Shown here: one piece after another, positions 21,316 through 29,477 of the stretch
Numbering within the stretch: the first letter of the stretch is position 1
How the letters are laid out: every line of letters begins with the position of its first letter
Source: Deltaproteobacteria bacterium
Lineage (GTDB): Bacteria; JAGRBM01; JAHCIT01
Assembly: GCA_026129095.1 (NCBI GenBank)
Contig: JAHCIT010000003.1
Coordinates: 310,001-374,000 of the forward strand
Direction of reading: 5' to 3'
DNA length: 64,000 nucleotides
Notes under the pieces: generated by a model
The model's input: only the letters and a program-made list of their open reading frames with translations
Told to the model about the DNA's origin: nothing
Database searches by the model: none
Program-made: the position numbers and the translations under genes

Positions 21316-21395
21316 GTGCTGACCCGCCAACAGATCGAACGCTGGCAGGTCATCGTTTATGCCGGAGCCATTGCCGCCGGTGCCGCTACCAGACC
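21316..21395 (+). pseudogene. Possible N-terminal remnant of an ACR3/bile-acid:Na+ symporter-family gene
   Basis: Reads VLTRQQIERWQVIVYAGAIAAG, resembling recalled N-termini of this family, then loses similarity. Confidence 0.4.
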
Positions 21396-21498
21396 GGACG
21401 CGCCTGATCCCCGCCTTTCCACCTCAAGCCCCCTTGCCCTCACGGCGGCGACTGGCTATCAAGTGGCCCCGGCGGACTTTTTTGCGGCCCGCTGACAC

Positions 21499-21574
21499 TC
21501 CGGTGTAGCTCAGTTGGTAGAGCAGCGGACTGTTAATCCGCCTGTCCCTGGTTCGAGTCCAGGCACCGGAGCCA
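21499..21574 (+). tRNA. tRNA-Asn (GTT)
   Basis: 76-nt cloverleaf: TCCGGTG/CACCGGA acceptor stem, TAGCTCAGTTGGTAGAGC D-arm, CTGTTAA anticodon loop, GGTTCGAGTCC T-arm, CCA end. Confidence 0.97.
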
Positions 21575-21690
21575 AACTTTTCAACGAAACCCTTTTCGCC
21601 CCGCTCCGCCGGAGCCTGTCGCAGACAACGTGAACCCGCCGCCGGTCTTGCCGGCCCGCTTCCACGCCCCTGTCCCTAGGGAGGTTTCAC

Positions 21691-23016
21691 ATGCTGCCCG
21701 AACCGGCCCCCGAACGCCTCACGGTCGATGAACTGCGCGATGTCTGGTCCGCGCTGTCGGCCGAGGAGCGCGCCGAGGGGTTCATCGTTCTCGCCCGCGA
21801 CGAGGCCGGGGAGTTCTTCCAGAGCCTCGATCCGCTCGGGCAGGCACAAATTCTGGAGCGTGTCCCCCCTGGTGAAAAGCGGCTGTGGATCCGGCTTCTC
21901 GCCCCGGACGACGTGGCCGACGTCCTGCAGGAAACGGACGAGGAGCACCGCCCCGAACTCCTCGCCCTGCTCGACGAAACCACGCGCCGGGAAGTGAATG
22001 CCCTCATGGCCTACGCCGAGGACGATGCCGGCGGCCTGATGAGCCCCCGGTTCGCCCGGATCCGGGCCGACATGCAGGTGGACGAGGCGATCCGGTACCT
22101 CCAGAAGCAGGGCCGGTCGCACCTGGAAACGATCTACTACATCTATGTGCTGGATTCGGCCCAGCGGCTGATCGGCGTCGTCTCGTTCCGGGACCTTTTT
22201 GCCTCCCCCCCCGACAAGCCGGTGCGGGAGATCATGAACCCCGAGCCCGTCGCCGTCCGGGCGGACATGGACCAGGAGGCCGTCGCGGCCCTGTTCAAGC
22301 AGCACAGCTTCCTGGCGCTGCCGGTCGTCGATGCCGACGGCAAGATGCAGGGCATCGTCACTCTGGACGACATCGTGGACGTGGTTCAGGAAGAGGCCAC
22401 CGAGGACGCCCAGAAGTTCGGCGGTATGGAGGCCCTCGACGCGCCCTACCTCCAGACCGGCCTGTGGGAGATGATCAAAAAACGGGGCGGCTGGCTGACC
22501 CTGCTGTTCGCGGGCGAGATGCTGACAACGGGTGCGATGGCCCGCTACGAGGACGACATCACCAAGGCCGTCGTGCTCGCGGTGTTCATCCCGCTCATTA
22601 TTTCGAGCGGCGGCAACTCCGGCTCGCAGGCGGCCACGCTGGTGATCCGCGCCATGGCTCTTGGCGAAGTCCGCCTTCGTGACTGGACCCGGATCATCCG
22701 CAGGGAGATCGGCGCGGGCTTCGGGCTGGGAATGATTCTCGCCCTGCTGGGACTGTCCAAGATACTGTTGTGGGAGTTCCTGTTCGACAGCTATGGCGAC
22801 CACTCCGGGCTTCTGGCCCTCACCGTCGGCAGCAGCCTTGTCGGCGTCGTCCTGTGGGGAACGATTGCAGGCTCGATGCTTCCGTTCATCATCCGCCGGT
22901 TCGGGTTCGACCCCGCCAGCGCATCGGCCCCGTTCGTGGCGACGCTGGTCGACGTCTCTGGACTCATCATCTACTTTACCGCCGCCCAGATTTTCCTCGG
23001 CGGGACGCTTCTCTAG
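21691..23016 (+). CDS. mgtE: Magnesium transporter MgtE
   Basis: AGGLM, CBS pair, PLIISSGGNSGSQ, DPASASAPFVATLVD. Confidence 0.96.
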   Translation: MLPEPAPERLTVDELRDVWSALSAEERAEGFIVLARDEAGEFFQSLDPLGQAQILERVPPGEKRLWIRLLAPDDVADVLQETDEEHRPELLALLDETTRREVNALMAYAEDDAGGLMSPRFARIRADMQVDEAIRYLQKQGRSHLETIYYIYVLDSAQRLIGVVSFRDLFASPPDKPVREIMNPEPVAVRADMDQEAVAALFKQHSFLALPVVDADGKMQGIVTLDDIVDVVQEEATEDAQKFGGMEALDAPYLQTGLWEMIKKRGGWLTLLFAGEMLTTGAMARYEDDITKAVVLAVFIPLIISSGGNSGSQAATLVIRAMALGEVRLRDWTRIIRREIGAGFGLGMILALLGLSKILLWEFLFDSYGDHSGLLALTVGSSLVGVVLWGTIAGSMLPFIIRRFGFDPASASAPFVATLVDVSGLIIYFTAAQIFLGGTLL

Positions 23017-23152
23017 CAAGAAACTGCATCTTTCCCTCTATGAAACACGGTTAATCTTAGTGTTTCGTTACGGTTCATTTTCCCGTTGCATCGGCCCGTT
23101 CCTGTACCGGATACTAGATGCACATTCGATCAGGTGATGGGAGGCAAGGCGC

Positions 23153-23614
23153 GTGGATAACCGCGAGAAGATGCAGCGGCTGGCATCGGCTGTCCGCCAT
23201 TTCAGGATGGGCCACCCCTACGATGCGCTCAAGGTGCTCCGGCAACTGGACACGGAAAGCCCCGGCGATACGCTTGTCCAGTCATATCTGGGGCTTGCGC
23301 TCACCCTCTCCGGTGCCGACACCGACCGTGGCATCCATCTTTGCGAGGCGGCAGCCGAAAAATCATTCCACCGGCCCGAATGCATGGCGAACCTGGTGAA
23401 GGCCACTCTTCATGTGAAGGACCGCTCGCGGGCCTCCGACGCGCTTCTGCAGGGGCTTGCCATGCACGGCGACCACAAGGAACTGAACCTGCTTGCGCAG
23501 AAAATGGGGCTCCGCCGCCGGCCCCTGTTCGGCTTCCTGCCACGCAGCAACTTCATCAACCGCCTGACTGGACGCTTCACCTGGTGGCTCGGCGTCGGCC
23601 GTCAGGCGGAATAG
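23153..23614 (+). CDS. TPR-like hypothetical protein
   Basis: SYLGLAL..GIHLCEAA helical repeats; C-terminal GLRRRP..FLPRSNFINR. Confidence 0.7.
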   Translation: MDNREKMQRLASAVRHFRMGHPYDALKVLRQLDTESPGDTLVQSYLGLALTLSGADTDRGIHLCEAAAEKSFHRPECMANLVKATLHVKDRSRASDALLQGLAMHGDHKELNLLAQKMGLRRRPLFGFLPRSNFINRLTGRFTWWLGVGRQAE

Positions 23615-23635
23615 GAAAACCCGCCGCCCTCATTT

Positions 23636-25171
23636 TTACGCGGCCTCCTGCCTGAGCGGCCGGTCGAGACTCCGGTACTGGACCGCCTCGGCCAGATGCG
23701 CCGGACCGATGATATCGGAGCCGTCCAGGTCGGCGATCGTCCGGCCCACCTTGATGATCCGGTCCCAGGCCCGGGCCGAAAGACCCAGCCGGTCCACCAC
23801 CCGCTCCATGAGCCGCTCGGCTTCCGGGGCCAGCGGACACTGTTCTCGCCGGAGGGCCGGGGTCATCCGGGCGTTGACATGGATGCCGCTGCGGGAGAAC
23901 CGGCGGGACTGGACCTGCCTCGCCTCCACCACCCGTTTCAGCACCTCGGACGATTTTTCCCCGCGCCGGGTGTCGGCAAGGTCCCGGTACCGGACCGCGC
24001 CCACCTCCACCTGGATGTCGATCCGGTCCAGCAGCGGGCCCGATATCCGCGAGCGGTAGCGCCGGATCTGCTCGACCGAGCAGGTGCACTCATGGAACGC
24101 ATCACCCAGATAGCCGCAGGGGCACGGGTTCATCGCCGCGACCAGCATGAACTTCGCCGGATAGGTGAGCGAAACGGCCGCCCTCGAAAGGGTCACATGG
24201 CCCTCCTCCAGCGGCTGCCGGAGGACTTCCAGCACGTTGCGCTGGAACTCCGGCAGTTCGTCGAGAAACAGCACGCCGTTGGTGGCGAGCGACACCTCGC
24301 CCGGCTTGGGAATCGCGCCACCGCCGATCAGCCCCGCATCCGAGAGCGTATGGTGCGGGGCCCGGAACGGGCGCTCGCGCAGAAGGCCACCGCCCCTGGG
24401 AAGCATCCCCAGGACAGAGTGGACCTTGCTCGTTTCGAGGGCCTCCTCGAAGTTGAGCGGCGGCAGGATCGTCGGGAACCTGCGGGCGAGCATCGTCTTG
24501 CCCGCCCCCGGCGGTCCGATCAGCAGGATGTTGTGCCCACCGGCTGCGGCCACCTCCAGCGCCCGCTTGGCGTGCTCCTGCCCCCTGATGTCCTGCAAGT
24601 CGGTCGCCGCCAGTGGCGGGGCCTCTGGCGGCGGAGCCGGTCTGGCCGGTCCGATTTCCAGCTCTCCAGCGAGGAACTTCACCACTTCGGTCAATGTCTG
24701 CACGGGAATAACCCTGAGCCCCGTCACGACGGCCGCCTCGGCGGCGTTCTCCCGCGGCACCAGAAGCCCCTCAACCTTGAGACGAGCGGCGAGTGCCGCC
24801 ACGGGCAGCACGCCCCGCACCGGACGGAGCGCGCCATCCAGCGACAGCTCGCCCATGAGGAGAAACCCGGAAAGGCGGCCAGCGGGTGCCTGTCCGGTGG
24901 CAGCCAGGATCGCAATGGCAATCGGGAGGTCCAGCGCCGAGCCGTCCTTCCGGATATCGGCGGGGGTAAGGCTGATCGTCACGTGCCGGCCGGGAAAGTC
25001 GAAGCCGGAGTTCTTCACCGCCGCCCGTACCCGGTCCTTTCCCTCCCGAACGGCCGCCTCGGCGAGCCCCACTGTCGAGACATGCGGAAGCCCCAGTTGC
25101 AGATCCACCTCGACCCCGACCGGATAGGCGTCAATTCCCAGCACGGCGGCACTCCGGGTAACAGCCAGCAT
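23636..25171 (-). CDS. comM: YifB/ComM Mg-chelatase-like AAA+ ATPase
   Basis: GPPGAGKTM, PFRAPHH, PGEVSLA, FLDELPEF, MNPCPCG, SGPLLDRID. Confidence 0.95.
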   Translation of the reverse strand: MLAVTRSAAVLGIDAYPVGVEVDLQLGLPHVSTVGLAEAAVREGKDRVRAAVKNSGFDFPGRHVTISLTPADIRKDGSALDLPIAIAILAATGQAPAGRLSGFLLMGELSLDGALRPVRGVLPVAALAARLKVEGLLVPRENAAEAAVVTGLRVIPVQTLTEVVKFLAGELEIGPARPAPPPEAPPLAATDLQDIRGQEHAKRALEVAAAGGHNILLIGPPGAGKTMLARRFPTILPPLNFEEALETSKVHSVLGMLPRGGGLLRERPFRAPHHTLSDAGLIGGGAIPKPGEVSLATNGVLFLDELPEFQRNVLEVLRQPLEEGHVTLSRAAVSLTYPAKFMLVAAMNPCPCGYLGDAFHECTCSVEQIRRYRSRISGPLLDRIDIQVEVGAVRYRDLADTRRGEKSSEVLKRVVEARQVQSRRFSRSGIHVNARMTPALRREQCPLAPEAERLMERVVDRLGLSARAWDRIIKVGRTIADLDGSDIIGPAHLAEAVQYRSLDRPLRQEAA

Positions 25172-25376
25172 GTGTTTCGGTTCTCCTTGCCCAACGGACC
25201 TATCGACACCTCCCGCAGCTTCAATTTCCGCGCCCTGCCGGATAGATATTTACGCGAGTGATTTCAGTAGCTTGAATGAACCCGATTTCACCCGGAGCGG
25301 TTCCCCGTTCAGATTCCGAACGGCTACACTCGAAACTGCCCGCACTAGCTGGCCGCACCATGACGAGGCTGCCCGA

Positions 25377-26738
25377 TTGATACGGTTCCGGTTCATCCTG
25401 CTCCTGTCGCTCCTTGCAGCCGGACTGCCGGGTACGGGCGCAGCCCAGCACCCGCCCTCCGATCTTCCGAGCGGACGGCCTGACTCTACCGGAGACCCTG
25501 CCCAACTCCCCGATCTCCCCAGCGGCAAACCCTTCACGCCGGAAACCCCCGATCCTGCCGTCCCGGAACACGAACGGCTGCTCCGGCCCGATCCAGGGAA
25601 AGAAGAAACAGCGGCTCCGAAACCGTTTACGGTCCGCCAGATTACGGCCGACGGCCTCAGCCACACGCCCTGCTGGGTAGAAGGCGACCGGTTGCTCTAC
25701 ATCCGGTCGGAACCGGACTACGACCCTGCCGGAACCGATTCCGCCTTCTGGCAGAAAGTGGAAACCGGAGACACCGGACCCGGTTCGCCGGTCGTTCACC
25801 CCCTTTTCTATGCACGCGGACAGGTGGTTCTCCGCGAGCCAGATGGAACCAGCCGGGTGCTCACCCGGTTCGAAGGCAAGCACCTGCGTACACTCCGGTG
25901 CCCCCCGTCTGGGCCGTTCGCCGCGTTTCTCCTTGGGGAGCCGGGCGAAAACCCTTCCGTGCTCGCCATCCTGAGGTGGGATGCCGATCCCGCTCCCGAT
26001 CCGGTGCTCATCGACGCCGAGGGGATCGATGATTTTTCATGGAGCGACACCGGAAGCCGCCTTTACTTCCTCAAGCAGGGATGGCCCTGGTATCTCAATC
26101 CGGTCACGGCGGCGATCAATCCCGTTACGTCATCCCCCGCACTCAGGAAAAACGATTTCATCGCCCTCTGGGGCGGACCCCGCGAGCTTGACCTTGTCCT
26201 GGCCACGCTTCAGCGGGACAAGGCCGGAAAGCCCGCCGGCAATTCGCTCCTGTTCCTGAACACCCAGACGCTCAATACCGTCCGCCTCCCCGCCGCCAAA
26301 CCGGGCCTCGGCAGCCGGTTCGAGCAGTGGATGCCGCCGCGAACCATACTGCTAAGTTCGACCGATTTCGTCCGGTTCCGGCTGTTCCGGCATGACCTCT
26401 CTACCGGCCAGCGGACCGAGCTGCGTCCGCTCCCCGGAGATGCCGATGGCCACTGGCGCTGGAGCGGCGGGCGGGGCTTCTGGGCCCGGTGGAACGGCTC
26501 GGCCTTCGACGAACTGACCCTGCTGGGGAAGGACACCGAGACGGGCGAGGTCATTCTCAGGGCCAATATCCGCTACGCCCTCTGGTCGCCGTCCGGCACC
26601 CGCATCGCCGTTGACACTGGCTCCGGCGGCACGCCCCTGAACGGCATTGATATCCGCCGGGATATCACCGTCGTGGAGTTTGCGGACGGGAAAAGCCCGG
26701 CCCCAAAACCGCCGGCGGGGAAACCGCCCGCGCCCTAG
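25377..26738 (+). CDS. Exported hypothetical protein with TolB/PD40-like beta-propeller features
   Basis: TTG start plus signal peptide; FSWSDTG and WSPSGTRIA blade motifs. Confidence 0.6.
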   Translation: MIRFRFILLLSLLAAGLPGTGAAQHPPSDLPSGRPDSTGDPAQLPDLPSGKPFTPETPDPAVPEHERLLRPDPGKEETAAPKPFTVRQITADGLSHTPCWVEGDRLLYIRSEPDYDPAGTDSAFWQKVETGDTGPGSPVVHPLFYARGQVVLREPDGTSRVLTRFEGKHLRTLRCPPSGPFAAFLLGEPGENPSVLAILRWDADPAPDPVLIDAEGIDDFSWSDTGSRLYFLKQGWPWYLNPVTAAINPVTSSPALRKNDFIALWGGPRELDLVLATLQRDKAGKPAGNSLLFLNTQTLNTVRLPAAKPGLGSRFEQWMPPRTILLSSTDFVRFRLFRHDLSTGQRTELRPLPGDADGHWRWSGGRGFWARWNGSAFDELTLLGKDTETGEVILRANIRYALWSPSGTRIAVDTGSGGTPLNGIDIRRDITVVEFADGKSPAPKPPAGKPPAP

Positions 26739-27196
26739 ATGTAGTACATGATCTGGATTGGGCGGCCTTCGCGCTGCGAACGGGAACGGTCGATGACATT
26801 TTCCAGCGTGGTCGCGTCCACGATCCGGCTAATGGCGTCGCGCACCTCGCCCCAAACGTCGTAGTAGGAACACTCCGACTCGGCGCACTCCTTCGGCCGT
26901 TCCCCGGCGAGGCACTTGATCGGCGCCACTGCCACCGGCCCGTCAATGAGCCGCAGTACCTCGCCCAGCGTGATTTCAGCCGGTTTTTTCGCAAGGTAGA
27001 ACCCGCCCCGCGCCCCCTGTACGCTCGTCACCAGTTTGGCCCGCTTCAGCAGGACAAGCAGGTTAGCCAGCACCCCTTCGGGGACGCGCTGCGCACGGGC
27101 AATCTGGCCGACAGTCAGCGGGCGGCCGCCCGGCTTCTGGAGTCCCAGCTCGAGCAGGGCCCGGAGGGCATACTCGCATCTTCTCGATACTCGCAT
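26735..27196 (-). CDS. Rrf2 family regulator (IscR/CymR-like)
   Basis: YALRALLEL, SVQGARGGFYLAK..EITLGEV; 3 C-terminal Cys; ends MYYI. Confidence 0.93.
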   Translation of the reverse strand: MRVSRRCEYALRALLELGLQKPGGRPLTVGQIARAQRVPEGVLANLLVLLKRAKLVTSVQGARGGFYLAKKPAEITLGEVLRLIDGPVAVAPIKCLAGERPKECAESECSYYDVWGEVRDAISRIVDATTLENVIDRSRSQREGRPIQIMYYI

Positions 27197-27347
27197 GGTG
27201 TATGGTGTAATTCATGGCCCGTACCGGAGCCAAGGCCTTTTGCATCCTGCCCGGGCCGCCATATGGAAAACCGCCGCGGGGGCGGCTATATCCTGCCCAT
27301 CAGCCGTCAACACTGTGTGAGGCAGAATCAGACGCGGCCGGAGCCCC

Positions 27348-27812
27348 ATGGACGCCGAACAGCTCAAGAAAATGTATCTCTTCGAAGGCCTGGACGAGGA
27401 CGGTATCGCCAAGATCGCCGCCATCTGCAAGGAAGAAACCTTCAAGGCAGGCGACAGGATCTTCAATGAAGGCGACAAGGGCGACAAGCTCTACATGGTC
27501 TTGTCGGGCGAGGTCCGCATCTCGAAGATGATACCCGGCGTGGGCGAGGAAGCTCTCGCCATGTTGAAGGAAGGCTCGTTTTTCGGCGAAATGGCCCTCA
27601 TTGACGACATCGAACGCTCGACTCACGCCATCGCCAACAAGGCGACCAAATGCGCCACCATATCCCGGGGCGACTTCGAGCAGCTCCTGTTCGTGGACGA
27701 GAAGATTGCCACCCCTATCCTGTGGACATTCGTGCGGACCCTGTCGTCCCGCCTCCGCGAGACGAACGAGAAGATCAAGGCGTTCTTCGCCATGACCGGC
27801 GGCTTCAAGTAA
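27348..27812 (+). CDS. Stand-alone cyclic nucleotide-binding domain protein
   Basis: IFNEGDKGDKLYMVLSGEV, FFGEMALID..RS; no HTH. Confidence 0.9.
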   Translation: MDAEQLKKMYLFEGLDEDGIAKIAAICKEETFKAGDRIFNEGDKGDKLYMVLSGEVRISKMIPGVGEEALAMLKEGSFFGEMALIDDIERSTHAIANKATKCATISRGDFEQLLFVDEKIATPILWTFVRTLSSRLRETNEKIKAFFAMTGGFK

Positions 27813-27862
27813 AGAGGCCCGGCGCTGCCGCCGGGCCCCAGGCTTCAATACCAGGCAATCCG

Positions 27863-29341
27863 CTACTCTTTCACGACGCTGGGGATTTCACCGCCGCTGT
27901 CGTCACAGGCAGGGCGCAGCTCAACACCGTAGTAGTCGGCCATCTGGAAGAATTCGTACAGGTTGCCCCACGGCAGGCGGGCACCGGTCGGGTCCTGCCC
28001 CGGCCCCAGCGCGAACAGGCTCTCGCGCCGGGTGAACTCGGGCTTGGCCGACTGGACGAGAATCGGGTCGAAATTGCAGAGCTTCACGCGCAGGTCGCCC
28101 GGCATGACCAGCCTGCCGTCCTGCACCAGGATCGGAACCTGAACATAGCCCATGCGGGGCCGCACCAGTTCCAGCGCAACCGAGAACTTGTCCACCACGT
28201 TCCGGAACTGCAGCGGTGTCACTTCCTTCAGTGCCGTTCGGTACTGCACCAGCTTGCCCATCACGCGGTTATACATCTCCAGCCGGAGCACCCGCGTATC
28301 GGCATGCATCTGCGGCTTGGTGTGGAGAAACTCCAGGTAACCCGCCTGATTGAGCTGGAGCTGCAGATATACCGTTCCCACATCGTTCGTGGGGTCATAA
28401 ATGATGTTCAGCGTCACCGGCTTCTTGGTATAAAGCTGTAGTGTCGATTCCAGGTCGATCCGTTTCGCCGCCTCGGCGAAGTAGCCCTGGAACTGCGGGG
28501 TCAGGTTCGTGTATTCGAACCTGAGCTCGAACGTGCTTTCGGCGTCGGCGATCTCTTCCTCGTAGAAATCGAGAATGCGGGACACACGCACGATCTCGTT
28601 TTCCACGTAACCGATCAGCACGGTGTCGTCGCTGCTCAGCACACGGCGCTGGCCAAACTCATACTCTTTCTGAATCTTCTGCATCACCGCCCGGGCCCGT
28701 GACAGCTCGCGGGCGATGCGGTCCTTTTCCGCCTTTTCCAGTGTGCGGAACAGCGCCACCGGCGGAAGCGTCTCGCGGACCGTGCCGTCGGCGTATTTGA
28801 GCTTGAGCGCGGCGCGATCTTCGTAGCGACGCACGATCTTGACTGCGTCATAGACCGCGAACTGGTTGGGGTCGCGGTAGCTGGCCAGCATCTTCGACTC
28901 CAGCGACATCCACACGCCTTCGGCCGAACCGCCCTGGACGGCCTCGTTGAATACCGCCTGGCCGACCGTGGTGTTCAGGATGCGGACACCGCCGGTAAAC
29001 GTGTTGCCGCTGAACTGCCCCTCGATCACCAGTATGTCGTCAACGTCGTTAAGGGCACCCGTGAACAGCACTTTCTGGAAATCCAGCTCGCCAGCATCGG
29101 CCTGGAGTGGAATGGTGCTGGTCTGGTAAAAAGTCCGGAACCGCTCGACCACGTCGTCCAGAAACGCAGTGGCCTGCTCCTGCGTCGAGGAGGCCGACAC
29201 GTTGACCTTGTAGACATATCCGTATTTGCGCTCACGCGCATAGATGACCGGCGAGAGTTCCTGCCGGGACTTGACGGCGCAAGCACCCATCAGTCCGGCC
29301 AAAAGAGTTGCGGTTACAAGAAACGAAATCGATCGACGCAC
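27863..29341 (-). CDS. Hypothetical lipoprotein
   Basis: AGGAGG then GTG 29341; lipobox-like LMGAC; long open frame. Confidence 0.7.
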   Translation of the reverse strand: MRRSISFLVTATLLAGLMGACAVKSRQELSPVIYARERKYGYVYKVNVSASSTQEQATAFLDDVVERFRTFYQTSTIPLQADAGELDFQKVLFTGALNDVDDILVIEGQFSGNTFTGGVRILNTTVGQAVFNEAVQGGSAEGVWMSLESKMLASYRDPNQFAVYDAVKIVRRYEDRAALKLKYADGTVRETLPPVALFRTLEKAEKDRIARELSRARAVMQKIQKEYEFGQRRVLSSDDTVLIGYVENEIVRVSRILDFYEEEIADAESTFELRFEYTNLTPQFQGYFAEAAKRIDLESTLQLYTKKPVTLNIIYDPTNDVGTVYLQLQLNQAGYLEFLHTKPQMHADTRVLRLEMYNRVMGKLVQYRTALKEVTPLQFRNVVDKFSVALELVRPRMGYVQVPILVQDGRLVMPGDLRVKLCNFDPILVQSAKPEFTRRESLFALGPGQDPTGARLPWGNLYEFFQMADYYGVELRPACDDSGGEIPSVVKE

Positions 29342-29477
29342 GAGCGCCTCCTGGTTCACGGCAGCGGGCACGCCCCACATTTCCCGGCTTGTCAAAGATT
29401 ACACATCACCCGGCTGGATGTAAACGCTTTATCCGGTTTCCGGCCCGTCTCGCGGCCGGCTCTGCTTTAACAAATAC

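Noticed and set aside
21499-21690. tRNA-Asn as an occupied integration site
   Set aside because: mgtE follows directly; no integrase and no duplicated tRNA 3' end noticed in the window.
23042-23066. GAAACAC-N11-GTGTTTC inverted repeat after mgtE
   Set aside because: Short, single occurrence; cannot tell operator from weak terminator or chance.
23636-25171. comM disrupted by a mobile element
   Set aside because: The frame is full length with all motifs.
23696-25261. Long antisense or alternate-frame ORFs (also 831-2009, 29481-31802, 32456-33802, 40275-41795, 43594-44925)
   Set aside because: They shadow well-supported genes; expected from stop-codon scarcity at high GC; no motifs.
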